Source of the DNA: Felis catus
Lineage: Eukaryota
Assembly: GCF_018350175.1 (NCBI RefSeq)
Contig: NC_058368.1
Coordinates: 65,660,001 to 65,724,000 of the forward strand
DNA length: 64,000 bases
Direction: 5' to 3'
Shown here: one piece after another, positions 52,740 to 64,000 of the stretch
How positions within the stretch are numbered: the first letter of the stretch is position 1
Layout of the letters: each line of letters opens with the position of its first letter
Made by a program: the position numbers and the translations under genes
Notes under the pieces: generated by a model
The model's database searches: none
What the model was told of the DNA's origin: nothing
Seen by the model: only the letters and a program-made list of their open reading frames with translations

Positions 52740-53160
52740 TTGACTCTTGCCTTTTTGTTCATCCTCATATCTTCATATTCCACATTTAGAGCCTAGGTTA
52801 TAGCTGTGAGCAGCTAAACTGAGCCTTTCTGAAAAGTTGCCTTGCCGTGTCCTCTCTCTGTCGTGCTTCCCCTGTTTTTCAAGGGTATTTCCTATGTGGC
52901 CTTCCCAAATTTGGCTCAAGTGTCACCATGAGAAAGCCTTTGTTCATTTCCTCTCCTGTGTTATCAGACATACATGATGGCCCATAGCATCCCACACTTA
53001 GCTCTTATCAGAGCTGTTATCAAACTGGGCTGACAGCCCATTAACTTGTAGGTCTTCCCGACAAAATCCCCATATCCTTTTAGTCGGACTACATGTCGTC
53101 ATTTTTTACAGCACACTGCTGAGCATGTTGATGCTGCTCAAGAAATAGCCGTGGACATAT
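52740..53160 (+). mobile_element. L2 3' fragment
   Basis: gctcaagtgtcacca..gaaagcctt, cccatagcatccc..cttagctcttatca. Confidence 0.5.
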
Positions 53161-54513
53161 CAGAAACAGGAAAGCTTGAGTGCCCTTCAAGGTAGTGTGG
53201 GTGGCATGGCATGATTTCTTGCCAACATGGCGTCTGCAATGACATATGCACATTTAAGCCACACCTTACCATGTAGACCTCCAGTAAAATGGCAGTGCAG
53301 TTAGTTCAATTTGTTTAATTAATCCTAAGATTAATTTAGCAAAGCGCTTAAGGAACTAATAAAAATATCTCTTGGAGGGAAGGACAAGGAACAAACAGTA
53401 TAAAAGATGAAATGTTAGAGACAGTGTTTGCATTTAGCTGACAGAAGCGGGTTCTTGGTGTTTTTAAATTAAAGTAGTGGATGGTGTGTGGGCACATTTT
53501 AGCAGCCATATATGAGCTTAAGAGAAACTTCAAATATATTCCAGCTAATATTTGGATATAACTATTGAGTCTGTAGTGTCTGAGGCTGCTTTTTCATGAA
53601 TCCAAGAAACATGGGAAATGATTTTACCATGGATATTAGTTATCTGGCCTCTGCTGGCAAAGCTCCTATTCAGTTAAGCAAGCATGTCAGTTCACTGAGA
53701 GACAAATTAAGGTATGTTTTTTTGATGATATGGGGAGAAAGAAAGTAAAATAAGGAGAGAGAAAATTGGATTTTTCCTCTAGAAAATGTATAGTGTTCCC
53801 TGTTATCTACCTCTTTTTATATGGCGCATTAAAATTATAAATAAAAATTGAATTGGGCCTGTCTCAAATAGAACATTCTTAGTGTCTGATTTATAGAAAA
53901 TCAGATATATAGAAAATCAAATATATATATTTGTATAAATATAATATTTTCTATTTGTACATATATATGTATATATATATATAGTTTCTCAGTAGATGGT
54001 AGTGAAATTATATATCAGCTCCTAATGTTAGTTAATTTATACTGGTACAAATGTATCATATAGGCTCATGATTCTTCTACTAAAATGTTGATCCCAAGGT
54101 ATTTTCAATGAGGTAAATTCATTAGACATCTCCTCAACTTCTTTGTGGCTTATTCCCATATATTCCTAGAAAGAAGTATTAGGGGAAATGGAAAATCTTT
54201 GAGTAGTTACTTTTTAATTTGTTCTTAAAATTATATTGTTCTTGGAAAATGTGAAAATATTTTCGAAAGTTGAGAACAGGAAAGGTTTACCAACAACAAA
54301 TGTCATGATGTGGAGTGTAGACTGGAGAGCTAGCAGTGAGTGAGAGGAGTACAGATACAGTGAGATGGGGAAGCCCCAACCAACAGGGAAGAAGTTCCAG
54401 TGTTGGTGGGCCCTTTCACCAAGGGTAGGGGTCAAAGTCCAGTTCCTCAAGGGAAAATACAAGGAGAATGGAAGGGTTTGAGTTCTAGGTCATATCTCCC
54501 TGAGTGATGGCCA

Positions 54514-54684
54514 ATTTTTTTTGTTTTAATTTATTTGTTTATTTTGAGAGAGCGAGAGCATGAGCAGGGGAGAGAGAAGGGGAGAGAGAGAATCCCAAGG
54601 AGGAGCTCTCATGAACCATGAGATCATGACCTGAGCAGAAAGCAAGAGTCAGATACTTAACCATCTTAGCCACCCAGGCACCCC
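54514..54684 (-). mobile_element. CAN-SINE with an internal deletion
   Basis: Antisense head and tail present, middle segment absent. Short TSD atggcca at 54507-54513 and 54686-54692. Confidence 0.9.
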
Positions 54685-56699
54685 AATGGCCATTGTTTTA
54701 TTTCCTGAAACCACAGTATCCCTGACCGTTTAATTTTTTAGCTTGAAATAACAAAGAAGGAGGGATTAAAAAAAAAAAAAGGTTTAAACGGAGGACAGGT
54801 TCAGATTTTTTCTGTGCTGTTTAACATTGTCTTGTCCTTAGACCAGGGAGTGGCTTAATGACCTCTCAAATGACCTCTCAAAGTTCCTTCCCTATCACAT
54901 ACCTCCCACTTTTATTATTCTAGCCCAAGTTCAAGCACATTTTCACTGAGTATATGTGATTATTATTATTATTTTTTATTTTAAAACTTAAACATAGTGG
55001 TTGTAGTCATAAAAGAGGAAGTTTTCCCCCTTTTGTATTAATCTATAAACAGAAAATGAAAAGAATTAAGAAAACATGTCAGAGTTTTTCTGGACTTTTC
55101 CCAAATGATATGCAGTTGACTTTTCACTTTTTAATTTTTATGAGAACTTTGTTTCTCCAACAACATGGGAGCAGTGTGATTGCAGCTTAGTCTTGGCAAA
55201 CAGTATTTTGGGGAGTATGCCAAATCCCCAAAATGTTACATGTAAACATTTATGATCTGTTTGCTTTTTAACTTTTGTTCTGCCAATGCAGATTTGTTGG
55301 ACAGGTGAATTAGGGAGTAAGAGGAGTGGGGGGTTGGGATCTAGGTTGAGACCAGAAGCTGCGAGGAGACCAGCGTTAGTGATAGCCAAGGGAATGATGG
55401 GGAATGGAAGTAATGAAACACTGTGGTCACCTATAAATCAACCAGGCTTTAGGTCATCAGGCTGAATGCGGTAGAAAGAAGATTTCACTTTCATATAACA
55501 AACACCAAATTGCAGGGGTAAAGACTGTGTTTAAACAATGTCATACCATGATGTCTATAAAACAGCTGTCTCATGAGGTTCTATGAGAAGCCCTAAATCA
55601 AAATTTTAGTCTTAGGACTATATGTGATTGTATTATTGCTAAAATAGATTGATTCTTACCAACTTGAGATGGACCTTATTTAATGTAGTATCTTTGGATT
55701 TAGTTTTTGTTAAGTGTATTAAACATCACTTTCTGAAGAAATGGGCAGTGGAGTAAATGCAGTCTCTTCTTATCTGGTGCTTATTAACTACAAACCATGC
55801 TGGGTTAAAATATGAAGTGGTTTATGGGACAGTAAATTGAAACCGTCTTGGCTAAAATACATTTGAAAGACACAACATGGGCATGTATCACTTTATTTCC
55901 ATTTCCGACTGTCAGCAGAAATTGGAGGAAACACTCTTCCTTTCTGTTTGATTATTCTATTATCGACAGAATGAGAGTGTTGGAGACATACATGCTGATT
56001 TAGTGTTGCGCTGATGAAACCATTCAGGTTGCATGATGTGTCATTTTTCACTGCTGCCTTATCAAGGTGTTTCAGCTGTGCCCAAACCAGCCCTGGTAAT
56101 TGCTTTAGTTGCTTGTGGCAAAGTTATGTCAATGTCAGTCACTAAATGACTTTTGACTGCTTCATGTCAGATGTTCCCTCCAAAGAAAGACAGGGTAGGG
56201 GAGTTTTTATACCCGGGTATGGGTGTTAATCCAATGTGTAAATAGGCAGGTTCATTTATTTTCTTAATCAGAACTTAAATGCAGATGCTGACATTTTATG
56301 TTTTAAAATGAAAGGAATACAATTAAGTTTATGATTCACTTCAAGCACAATCTTTTCTTGTATTGATAGCTTGCTTTCCTTGGTCCTAAGCATAAATTCA
56401 AGTCAAGTACAACTATGAACATGTGCAGTGTAATAATAGTTATCATACAGGGTGTACAATATCTGCATAAGACATCCCTCTGGTTAATGCAATTCAAGTG
56501 CCTTCTTCAAACTCTTTGAAGTTTCCAGCTTAGTGTTGTTGTTGTTGTTGTTTTAATAAATTCAATGTTTGTTTTCAAGGGAGATATACAGTGAAGATTG
56601 ACAGAGTTTGATTATGAGTACTAACCATCTACAACGTCAATAGTTGGCTTACAAGTTCATGTTGACTAAGATTCAGAGGAATATACCTATGTGTATACA

Positions 56700-57375
56700 C
56701 ACTACATACATAACACACATATGGATTGTACACTGTTCTGTACACCAGTCTTCAGAACATGTTGTGAACCTCTTTCTATACTGCTGTATTTGAATTTTTA
56801 TATAATAGACTGCTGAGTGCCTACGCCATAATTTAACCCAATTCCTGTTATTGGGCTTTTAATTTGTTCTCAGTCTGTGCTATTAAAAAGGGTGTTATGA
56901 TCATCCCTGTACATATATCTTAGCTCATATATTGAACAGTTCATCTCAAAATCTATAAATACATATATTAGATCAAAGCCTATACCCACTTAAAAATGTT
57001 TAAGTATATTTCTAAATATACCCCCCAGGATATTTCTGCCAATTTATACTATCACTTAGAGCATATAGGAGGGCTACTTCTCCACTAAAACTAAAACTGA
57101 AGGTTAGAATGCTTTTAAAATCCTACCAGCACTATGGGCACCTGGGTGGCTCAGTTGGCCGAGCACTGGTCTTTGGCTCAGGTCATTGTCTCACAGTTCA
57201 TGAGTTCCAGCCCCACTTAGGATCCTCTGTCCCCTCTCTTTCTGCCTCTTTCTCTCTCAAAAATAAATACACATTTAAAAAAATCTTCCCAATACTATAA
57301 GTGGATAAACTGTATCTCATAACTATTTGTCTTTGGATACAAATGAAGTTGAACGTTTTTTTCTAAATATTGTGG
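56700..57375 (-). mobile_element. Ancient L1 (L1ME-like) fragment interrupted by a SINE
   Basis: cataatttaacccaattcctgttattggg.., tgatcatccctgtacatatatctt, gccaatttatact.., aatgaagttgaacgtttttt. Confidence 0.75.
57136..57283 (+). mobile_element. Short CAN-SINE with an internal deletion
   Basis: gggcacctgggtggctcagttgg..ggctcaggtca..gagttccagcccc joined almost directly to the CT tract and tail. Degenerate TSD aatcctaccagcactat / aatcttcccaatactat. Confidence 0.9.
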
Positions 57376-58829
57376 CGATTTCCATTACTGTAAGATTTGG
57401 AAGGATATCAATGCAGGGTAAATTAATGATGATTAGTTTGGGCTTTAAAGAATGGTGCCAGGATTTGGGGGAGGAGTAGAAAATTCAGTGCCTACATGGC
57501 TTCTCAGTAGATCATTGAGAACTGTGAAGCCTTTGTGAGATACAACTGGGACAGCTTCATAGCCCAGTGTTTCAGATCTCCCAAATTTTAAAGAAAACCT
57601 TGAAATCTTGAATCTTAGAGGATATTTAACATCCTCTGAGGATACTTGCTGTACATGTTTTGTCAAATCCATCTTTTGGCTTGATTTGACTCACAGGCCA
57701 CCTCTGTTCAACCAGTGATTTGGAAAGACCTATCTGACATTCTAGATCACGAGAACAAAGTGAACCAAAGCTGAGGACCCAGGGAGAGGTTGGGTATAGA
57801 ATGGGGCCATCTGGAAGTCTAGACTGGGGAATAGGAGGAGTGGGAGGAAGCTGCTGTACAGAAATCAGGACAGAGGAGCTGGTTTGTGGAGGGTTTTACT
57901 GTGTAAACAGAAGTTTCTGTGGAGGCTAGTTTAAAATAAAGATAAGATTGTTCCTTCAAGTGTGTTTTGATGTTTTGTTTTGTTTGTAGAGGAATAACAT
58001 CAATACTAAGGTGTTGGATGTAATGAAGAGAAACCCAGAGAAGGTGTTTTAGTATTCTGTGCAAGAGGGGATGAAATGCTAGAAGGAGGTGATGGTCTTA
58101 TTAGTTCTTTGGGCATAGGAAATGAAACAGAGTCTTAAAGGGGAGTCAATAATATGTGCCAAATCATTGCATAAAACATTTTCTTTCACTCTTGTCTCTT
58201 GTGTGGCTACACTTGTAAAATTTAAATTTTATATTTTTTATCTTAAAAGTATAGGTCTCCCTGTAGGGGAAAATCTGTCTAGTGATGGTAGACATTGATG
58301 ACTGCATAGTATATTCTTAGCCATTTATAATTGGATTATAGGGGTAAAACAGTGATTCAAGTTATCTATGAATATTAATGACTAAAGATCATAATTTGTA
58401 CTAAGCCTTTATGAAGTTACTAATAATACATAATAATTATTCAAAGTTTCTCCATTAACTGAAGATATTGGTAATCTGGGAACGGTATAACGTTGGTTAA
58501 GCATGAAATAATCAGTTGAGACTAACCTATGCTTAAACTGTACAAACAAGTCATTAGCAGTAGCTAAAGAGGGCCAGGGGAGCCACATAAAATACTTTTA
58601 GTCTCTCAAATAAAATATCTGTGATTAATTGCAAAACACAGGGTTGGTCATAAGAACTAAAGAGATAAAGGTATAATACTATCCAAGTTTTAAAACCTTG
58701 GAGCCTAGGGTAACTTATTTCTTGGGGTAAGATAATTTGTCTAAAATATATCAATTTGTTAAAAGGTCTCTGAACCCTAGGAGTCTCATAGAAGGAAATG
58801 GATAATTCTGGTATAGCCAAGTGCATTTG

Positions 58830-59330
58830 TTTTTAATTTTTCAGTTTAAATTAAATTTTATATTTTTATTAAATAATTTACCTACACGGGTCAAAAATTT
58901 AAAAAAAAAATCAGAGGTATAAGGGGAAAAGTCTTTCCTACCTCTGACCCAAAATTGCCCTGTTCCCGCACTGCCTCTGCCAGTTCTCCAAGAAGGTGGC
59001 CACACTATTTATGTGTCCTTTCAAGTTCCTTTATGCACAGAGAAACAAATCTAAAAACGTATGTGCTCATTTTCTGTCTTTTTTTTTTATGATTTCCCCA
59101 AAAAACAGTATAACATGCATACTCTTTCACCATCTGGTTGTTTTGTCTGTTCGACTTTTAATATGGCGGCACAATGGGTACATGAGAAAGCTTTCTTGCT
59201 CCTTTTTAAACATGCATTCTATAAATATATCATACCACTAGTGACGCAGACATGGTTGTTTCCAGCATTTTGCTGTTACACACAGTGATGCCTATGTGTG
59301 ACCATAGTGGTAGGATAAATTCCAAATGCA
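58830..59330 (-). mobile_element. Ancient L1 (L1ME-like) 3'UTR fragment
   Basis: aaaagtctttcctacc, catactctttcacc.., gacatggttgtttccagcattttgctgttacacacagtgatg. Confidence 0.65.
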
Positions 59331-60654
59331 TTTTGAGTAGCTATAACACCTGCCATGTGTATGAAGTAATCTTGACGTGTCTGACTTGGTCTGTCAGGGC
59401 AGCATTTAACCGTAAGTCTGCAGTTTGGGCTATGATTAATACTGGTACATTCCGTGACACTTACACCCAGACAATTAGACATTATCAGCAGAAACTGCTC
59501 CCTGCAACGGAGCCCAGCAGCCTTTCCCTCTTGCAGACTTCCTGATCATCTGGCCTCTGTCATCGACTAGATCCTTCCCATCCACCTTCAGTCCTTTGGG
59601 AAACTCTGCCAGCATTCTGACATGATAGTTTTCTCCAGTTACATACGTCAAATGTCCTACACACCAGATCTGAGGTGGAGCAGAGCTCAATGGTGCAGCT
59701 TCTTATATATTTTTAGAAGCATTTTGAGCTGCTAAACATATCAGAACCAGAAGGGAATGGATGGCCTGCATCTCCCCAGGGTCGATGGGGGTCTATCTCG
59801 TGTCTCCAGATGAAGAGGGGCTTGACTGGACGATTTCAGTAATATCATCTCTCCCGTCTTCTGACTCTTGCATCATTCCAGCAGGAAGCTGCATTAGTGC
59901 TCAGACCTGGCAAAATTTCTCCATGCATCACCTGGAGGGCTCTATTTCCAATTTTTGTCTTTGATTCATAGAAAATACAGTATATCTGTTGGGAAGAAAT
60001 TGAGAAAACAATTTTGTAGTTCACGTTTCATGGCATACAGATGGAGTGGGCAGTATCTGTATGGGTAGATATTAATAAGAAGAATTTGAAAATGTTACAT
60101 ATTATGAGGCTCCATTTTGTTAAATGGAGCCAGGAGAAAATTCCTCTTTAATGGTAGATAAATACTCGATTCAGCCTAGTGACCTGTGGGCCAATAATGG
60201 GAAATTCAGAAGTTTAGATCCATCAGGAGAAATGATAGCCAATAGACCATGGAGTGATGGCCACTGTTAAGCTGATTTATAGGGAACTAAGTGTAACTAA
60301 ATGTGTACTATTCTGAAAGAGTGAAAAACTTGCTACGGAGTCCATACCAAGACAGGCCATAAGAAGAGACTGTTGATTCTTATAATGATATAACTATGTG
60401 GTTTGTTCATGTCGGTTCCAACCTGGATTATCTCTGACGTTCATCTTGGTATCTAGACATATTGGTATCCTAAAGTAGAGCAGACAGTAAATTCTTTCTT
60501 GCAGTTATTTATAGCCATCATGATTCTATCACTAAAGGCATGTCCAGTCAGAAACCCTGAAATCTAAAGGTTTCTGATCTCTCTGAATATTTGACATTCT
60601 TCTTACCTCAACAGTTTGTTTTGTGATCAAAACCATTACCTAAGTGGATGGTGA

Positions 60655-60830
60655 TTTGTTAATTCCACAGTTATTGAGTGTGCATTGTATACAATTTATT
60701 GTGCTAAGTGTTGTGGTAAAAAATAGTGCACAAGGTAGTGAGTGTCTCTGAGGATAGGTGAAAAGGTGATTCATGCCCCCAGTACAGACATCTCAAGGAA
60801 CAGAATGTAGTTTCCAGATGAAGGGTCAAG
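60655..60830 (-). mobile_element. L2 3' end remnant
   Basis: ttattgagtgtgcattgtatac..attgtgctaagtgttgtgg. Confidence 0.55.
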
Positions 60831-60842
60831 AAAAGTGTTATG

Positions 60843-61068
60843 GGGGCGCCTGGGTGGTTCAGTCGGTTAAGTGGCCGACTTCGGCTCAGGTCATGATCTC
60901 ACGGTCCGTGAGTTCGAGCCCCGCGTCAGGCTCTGTGCTGACAGCTCAGAGCCTGGAGCCTGTTTCAGATTCTGTGTCTCCCTCTCTCTGACCCTCCCCT
61001 GTTCATGCTCTGTCTCTCCCTGTCTCAAAAATAAATAAAACGTTAAAAAAATATATTAAAAAAAAAAA
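60843..61068 (+). mobile_element. CAN-SINE (SINEC_Fc family), full length
   Basis: Intact B box and long A tail. TSD aagaaaagtg(t/c)tatgg at 60828-60843 and 61069-61084. Confidence 0.98.
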
Positions 61069-61138
61069 AAGAAAAGTGCTATGGATTGGCCCTGGAAGGG
61101 TAGGTAGGACGTGGATATAGAGAAATAGAAATAAGGTC

Positions 61139-61520
61139 TGTTGTGGGTTGAATTTTGCTCCCACCCCACCCCCCACAATTACTATGTTGAAGAACTAATC
61201 TTTAGTACCTCAGAATGTGATCTTATTTGGAGATGGGACTTTTACTAAGATAATCCAGTTAAAGTGGGCATTAATGCAGAATGACTGGTGGAAATGTGGA
61301 CACAAAAACATACATAATGAAGATGATGAAGAGACACGGGAACGTAACCACGGATGAGCCAAGGAGAGGGACCTGGAGATCTTTCCCTTACAGTCCTTAG
61401 AAGGAGCCAAGTCTGCTGAAATCTTGATTTTGAACTTCTGTCCTACTGAACAGTGAGATAATAAACTCCTATTAAAGCCACCCTGTCTACAGCATTATAG
61501 CAGCCCTGCAGACTATTGCA
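61139..61520 (+). mobile_element. MaLR solo LTR (MLT1B-like)
   Basis: tgttgtgggttgaatt..agtacctcagaatgtgatcttatttggagat..tagaaggagccaa..cttgattttgaacttctg..ttatagcagccct. Confidence 0.9.
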
Positions 61521-62226
61521 TGGGAATTCTGAACAGAGGGAACAGAGTTAGGGAAGTCAGAACAGGATAAGAGAAGAGAAGCTTGGCTGGCATGGGAAGT
61601 TCCTGAAGGGAACCAATAAACCTGTGACTGATAGGGACATGGAGTGAGCTTGTGGAAGATTTTGCAAGCCAGTGCTGCACATGGACGATGCAGAGCGGTC
61701 TCCACGCAGTATGTCACAAATGACAGTGATCATGTATGGGGTTCACTGAGGTCCTTGAAAGAAGCTGCTCCCACTTGAAGACAGCTGGCCTAAACCCTTC
61801 CTGGATTTCCCAGATCTCTAAGAACTGAGGCGATCTGTATCTCCAAGTAGCTGTTTTCCATTTGTGGCCACCCTTTTGGAAGTTTTGCTGTAGCAGCAGG
61901 GAGCCACTGAATGTTTTTGACCAGTGATGTGGCACAGTAAGAGTTGCCCTTGAGCATGATGAACTTGAATGGATTGAAAGGGTGCCAGACTAGCAATTGC
62001 AGTAACACAGGGAAGAAATAATGAAGTTTCAAATCTGGGCAGTGGCCGTGATGTGAGAGAAGGGGTAAGGCTATGTCTTATCTCCACCTTACTTCATTCA
62101 CTGATCTTTGGTAGCTTTGTTTCCTTGACTAGTAAGGCGTTTCCATCTTTTCCTTTCTGAGTGTGGGATGAGATGGTAGACAAGAGAGCTGACTTCTTTT
62201 TTTTTTTTTTATGACACTGCAATATA

Positions 62227-62449
62227 TTTTTTTTTTAATTTTTTTTCAACGTTTATTTATTTTTGGGACAGAGAGAGACAGAGCATGAACGGGGGAGGGG
62301 CAGAGAGAGAGGGAGACACAGAATCGGAAACAGGCTCCAGGCTCTGAGCCATCAGCCCAGAGCCCGATGCGGGGCTCGAACTCACGGACCACAAGATCGT
62401 GACCTGGCTGAAGTCGGACGCTTAACCGACTGCACCACCCAGGCGCCCC
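62227..62449 (-). mobile_element. Young feline SINEC_Fc, full length
   Basis: Nearly identical to the copy at 43088. No clean TSD. Confidence 0.98.
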
Positions 62450-63394
62450 AATTTTTTATTGAAACCCCAGAAGTAGATGTTCTTAAAAAACTGAAGCTAA
62501 TTTGGTTATAGATATTCTAATAGATACTTGACAACTTCCAGAACTTACATGAATAGATGGAGGACATTTGGTAATTTTTGTTATTTCTGCTCTATGAAAA
62601 GTATTTACTGCTGATGTATGCAATTAAATTGCATAACATGGGATTTTTGTGTACAAGTTTGTGAATGCTTGTCGAAGTGATTAAGGAAGATATGGGGAGA
62701 GCCATCAATAAAAACTGGAGGCAATAATATACAAAAATCAATTTGGATGTCCTGTGGTAGTAAATAAAACTTCATTATATTACGTGACTGGAAGAACTAA
62801 ATTCATATATCTATATATGTTACCTAGAGTGGTAAAACAAGCTCATGGAATCAATGAGAAATTGATATTTGGTAATTTATCATAGCAATTTCAATGTTTC
62901 TTCAGGGGATTTTATGAAGGCAACCTGCTTTAAAAATATTTCATAAGGCAAGAAGTGTTCAAAGTATGAGCTGAATTATTGGGAATTATAGACAATGCTT
63001 AATTTTCTTGAACTTTTAACTTACTGATACCTAAAGATATCATGATGCCTTGTGCTGCTAACCAGATTAGTTTATTGCCTTTATCTGTTGATATATACTA
63101 CAGGTTTCATTGATTTTTAGCTGTGCTGTCCCTGCTAGATGCATTTTTCTATTTTCTTTTGACTTTAACTTTTAGCACCCTTTTTGACAGCCACTTAATT
63201 GTATTGATTTTTCCTGAGTCAGTTATAATTTAGAGAAGAACATTTTAGTATATTTTGTTTAGAAAATGTTGGCCTTATTGACTTATTAACAGCAATACTC
63301 TGAAAAGTTTAGCTACAAATGTTGCTAATTAAGTGAGCAGACACCCCAAGTAATGGACAGAAAGGATTAAAAGGATTATTCCAAACTCATTATT

Positions 63395-63760
63395 TTCGGA
63401 GGGTGTCCCTGGGAGAAAGACTCAGAAGATGAAAACATGTTTGCGGTAAATTTACTGGGCAGTGATTTCAGAATCAGCCCCATTGGAAGTGGTGAAGGCT
63501 TGGTTGCCAGGGAGGGGGTGACCTGTGGTTGGCCTCAGGTGATCCCATTGAGTGCTGTGAGCTGGAATAGCCCTTCCAGACTTGAGGTAAGGGGCTGAGC
63601 CTTCATCCCTTCATACCAACCAGTCCTTGTACACCTGCTGCCCCTGGGGCCTGGCCTTGAACATTCACCTTCCAGTTGGATTTCAGCTGCCGGCATTCCC
63701 TACAACTGGGAGGCATAAACACTTGTGTCTGGGTGGCCTACAACAGCATCCCCTACATTC
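63395..63760. mobile_element. ERVL LTR remnant (LTR16-like)
   Basis: ccctgggagaaagactc..tttactgggcagtg..ggcctcaggtgatccca..gagctggaatagccctt..tgaggtaaggggctgagcctt..ccagtc..gctgcccctgggg. Confidence 0.65.
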
Positions 63761-64000
63761 AGAGTTACGTATGTCTACAAAAAAACAACTTCTTTCAGAA
63801 AGGACATTCAATTTTAGGTATTAAATATTCCTTAGTATTTGAAACATTTGGTATTTAGATATCTATTTGTTGGCAGGATTTGAAAGTTTCCTTTGTTAAA
63901 ACTTACCTTCGGAAATGATAGGAAAAGGCATCGTCTATGTACTAAAGTTTTCACTGCCATATAACTCTGAAAAATCACTTTTTAAAAAACATTTATTTAG

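Noticed and set aside
54857..54882. Micro tandem duplications (aatgacctctca x2; also about 19115-19160, 27031-27066, 53890-53922)
   Set aside because: Ordinary slippage duplications with no further structure.
59475..59690. 71-aa ORF in a slightly GC-richer patch
   Set aside because: No recognisable homology or convincing acceptor-donor pair. A BLASTX hit would be needed to support it.
60108..60131. Perfect 10-bp hairpin ggctccattt-tgtt-aaatggagcc
   Set aside because: About one such stem is expected by chance in 64 kb, and it is too short for a pre-miRNA.
924..62511. Recurrent similar ORFs (MAQSV..PTSAQVMIS.., GAPGWRSRLS.., MGQRETEHERGRGRERG..) that look like a peptide family
   Set aside because: All are translations of CAN-SINE copies in different frames, not a gene family.
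63975..64000. Window ends in ..tttatttag, resembling a splice acceptor
   Set aside because: The pyrimidine tract is poor and there is no downstream sequence. It fits equally well the tail of an antisense SINE cut by the window edge.

Overview
This window is AT-rich mammalian genomic DNA, almost certainly from a felid such as the domestic cat. It carries about 17 tRNA-derived CAN-SINEs of the feline SINEC_Fc type and one 5'-truncated feline-type LINE-1. These sit on a background of ancient eutherian repeats (MIR, L2, old L1M, MLT1/MaLR LTRs, LTR16, MER5, MER45, Charlie) and microsatellites. It looks like a large intron or intergenic tract, with no CpG island and no identifiable host coding exon. 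The only ORF in the track with a recognisable protein is the L1 ORF2 C-terminus (42097-42723, minus strand). The other ORFs are chance frames or translations of SINEs and microsatellites. I found no convincing novel biological system. The best leads are: a candidate short first coding exon (ATG at 28264, AAG|GTAAGT donor at 28286/7) near a CTCF-like motif and a dispersed ~50-bp duplication; several very young SINEs with perfect target-site duplications (TSDs); inverted SINE pairs; and insertions lacking TSDs. Repeat family names were assigned by eye from remembered consensus sequences, and boundaries of old repeats are approximate.
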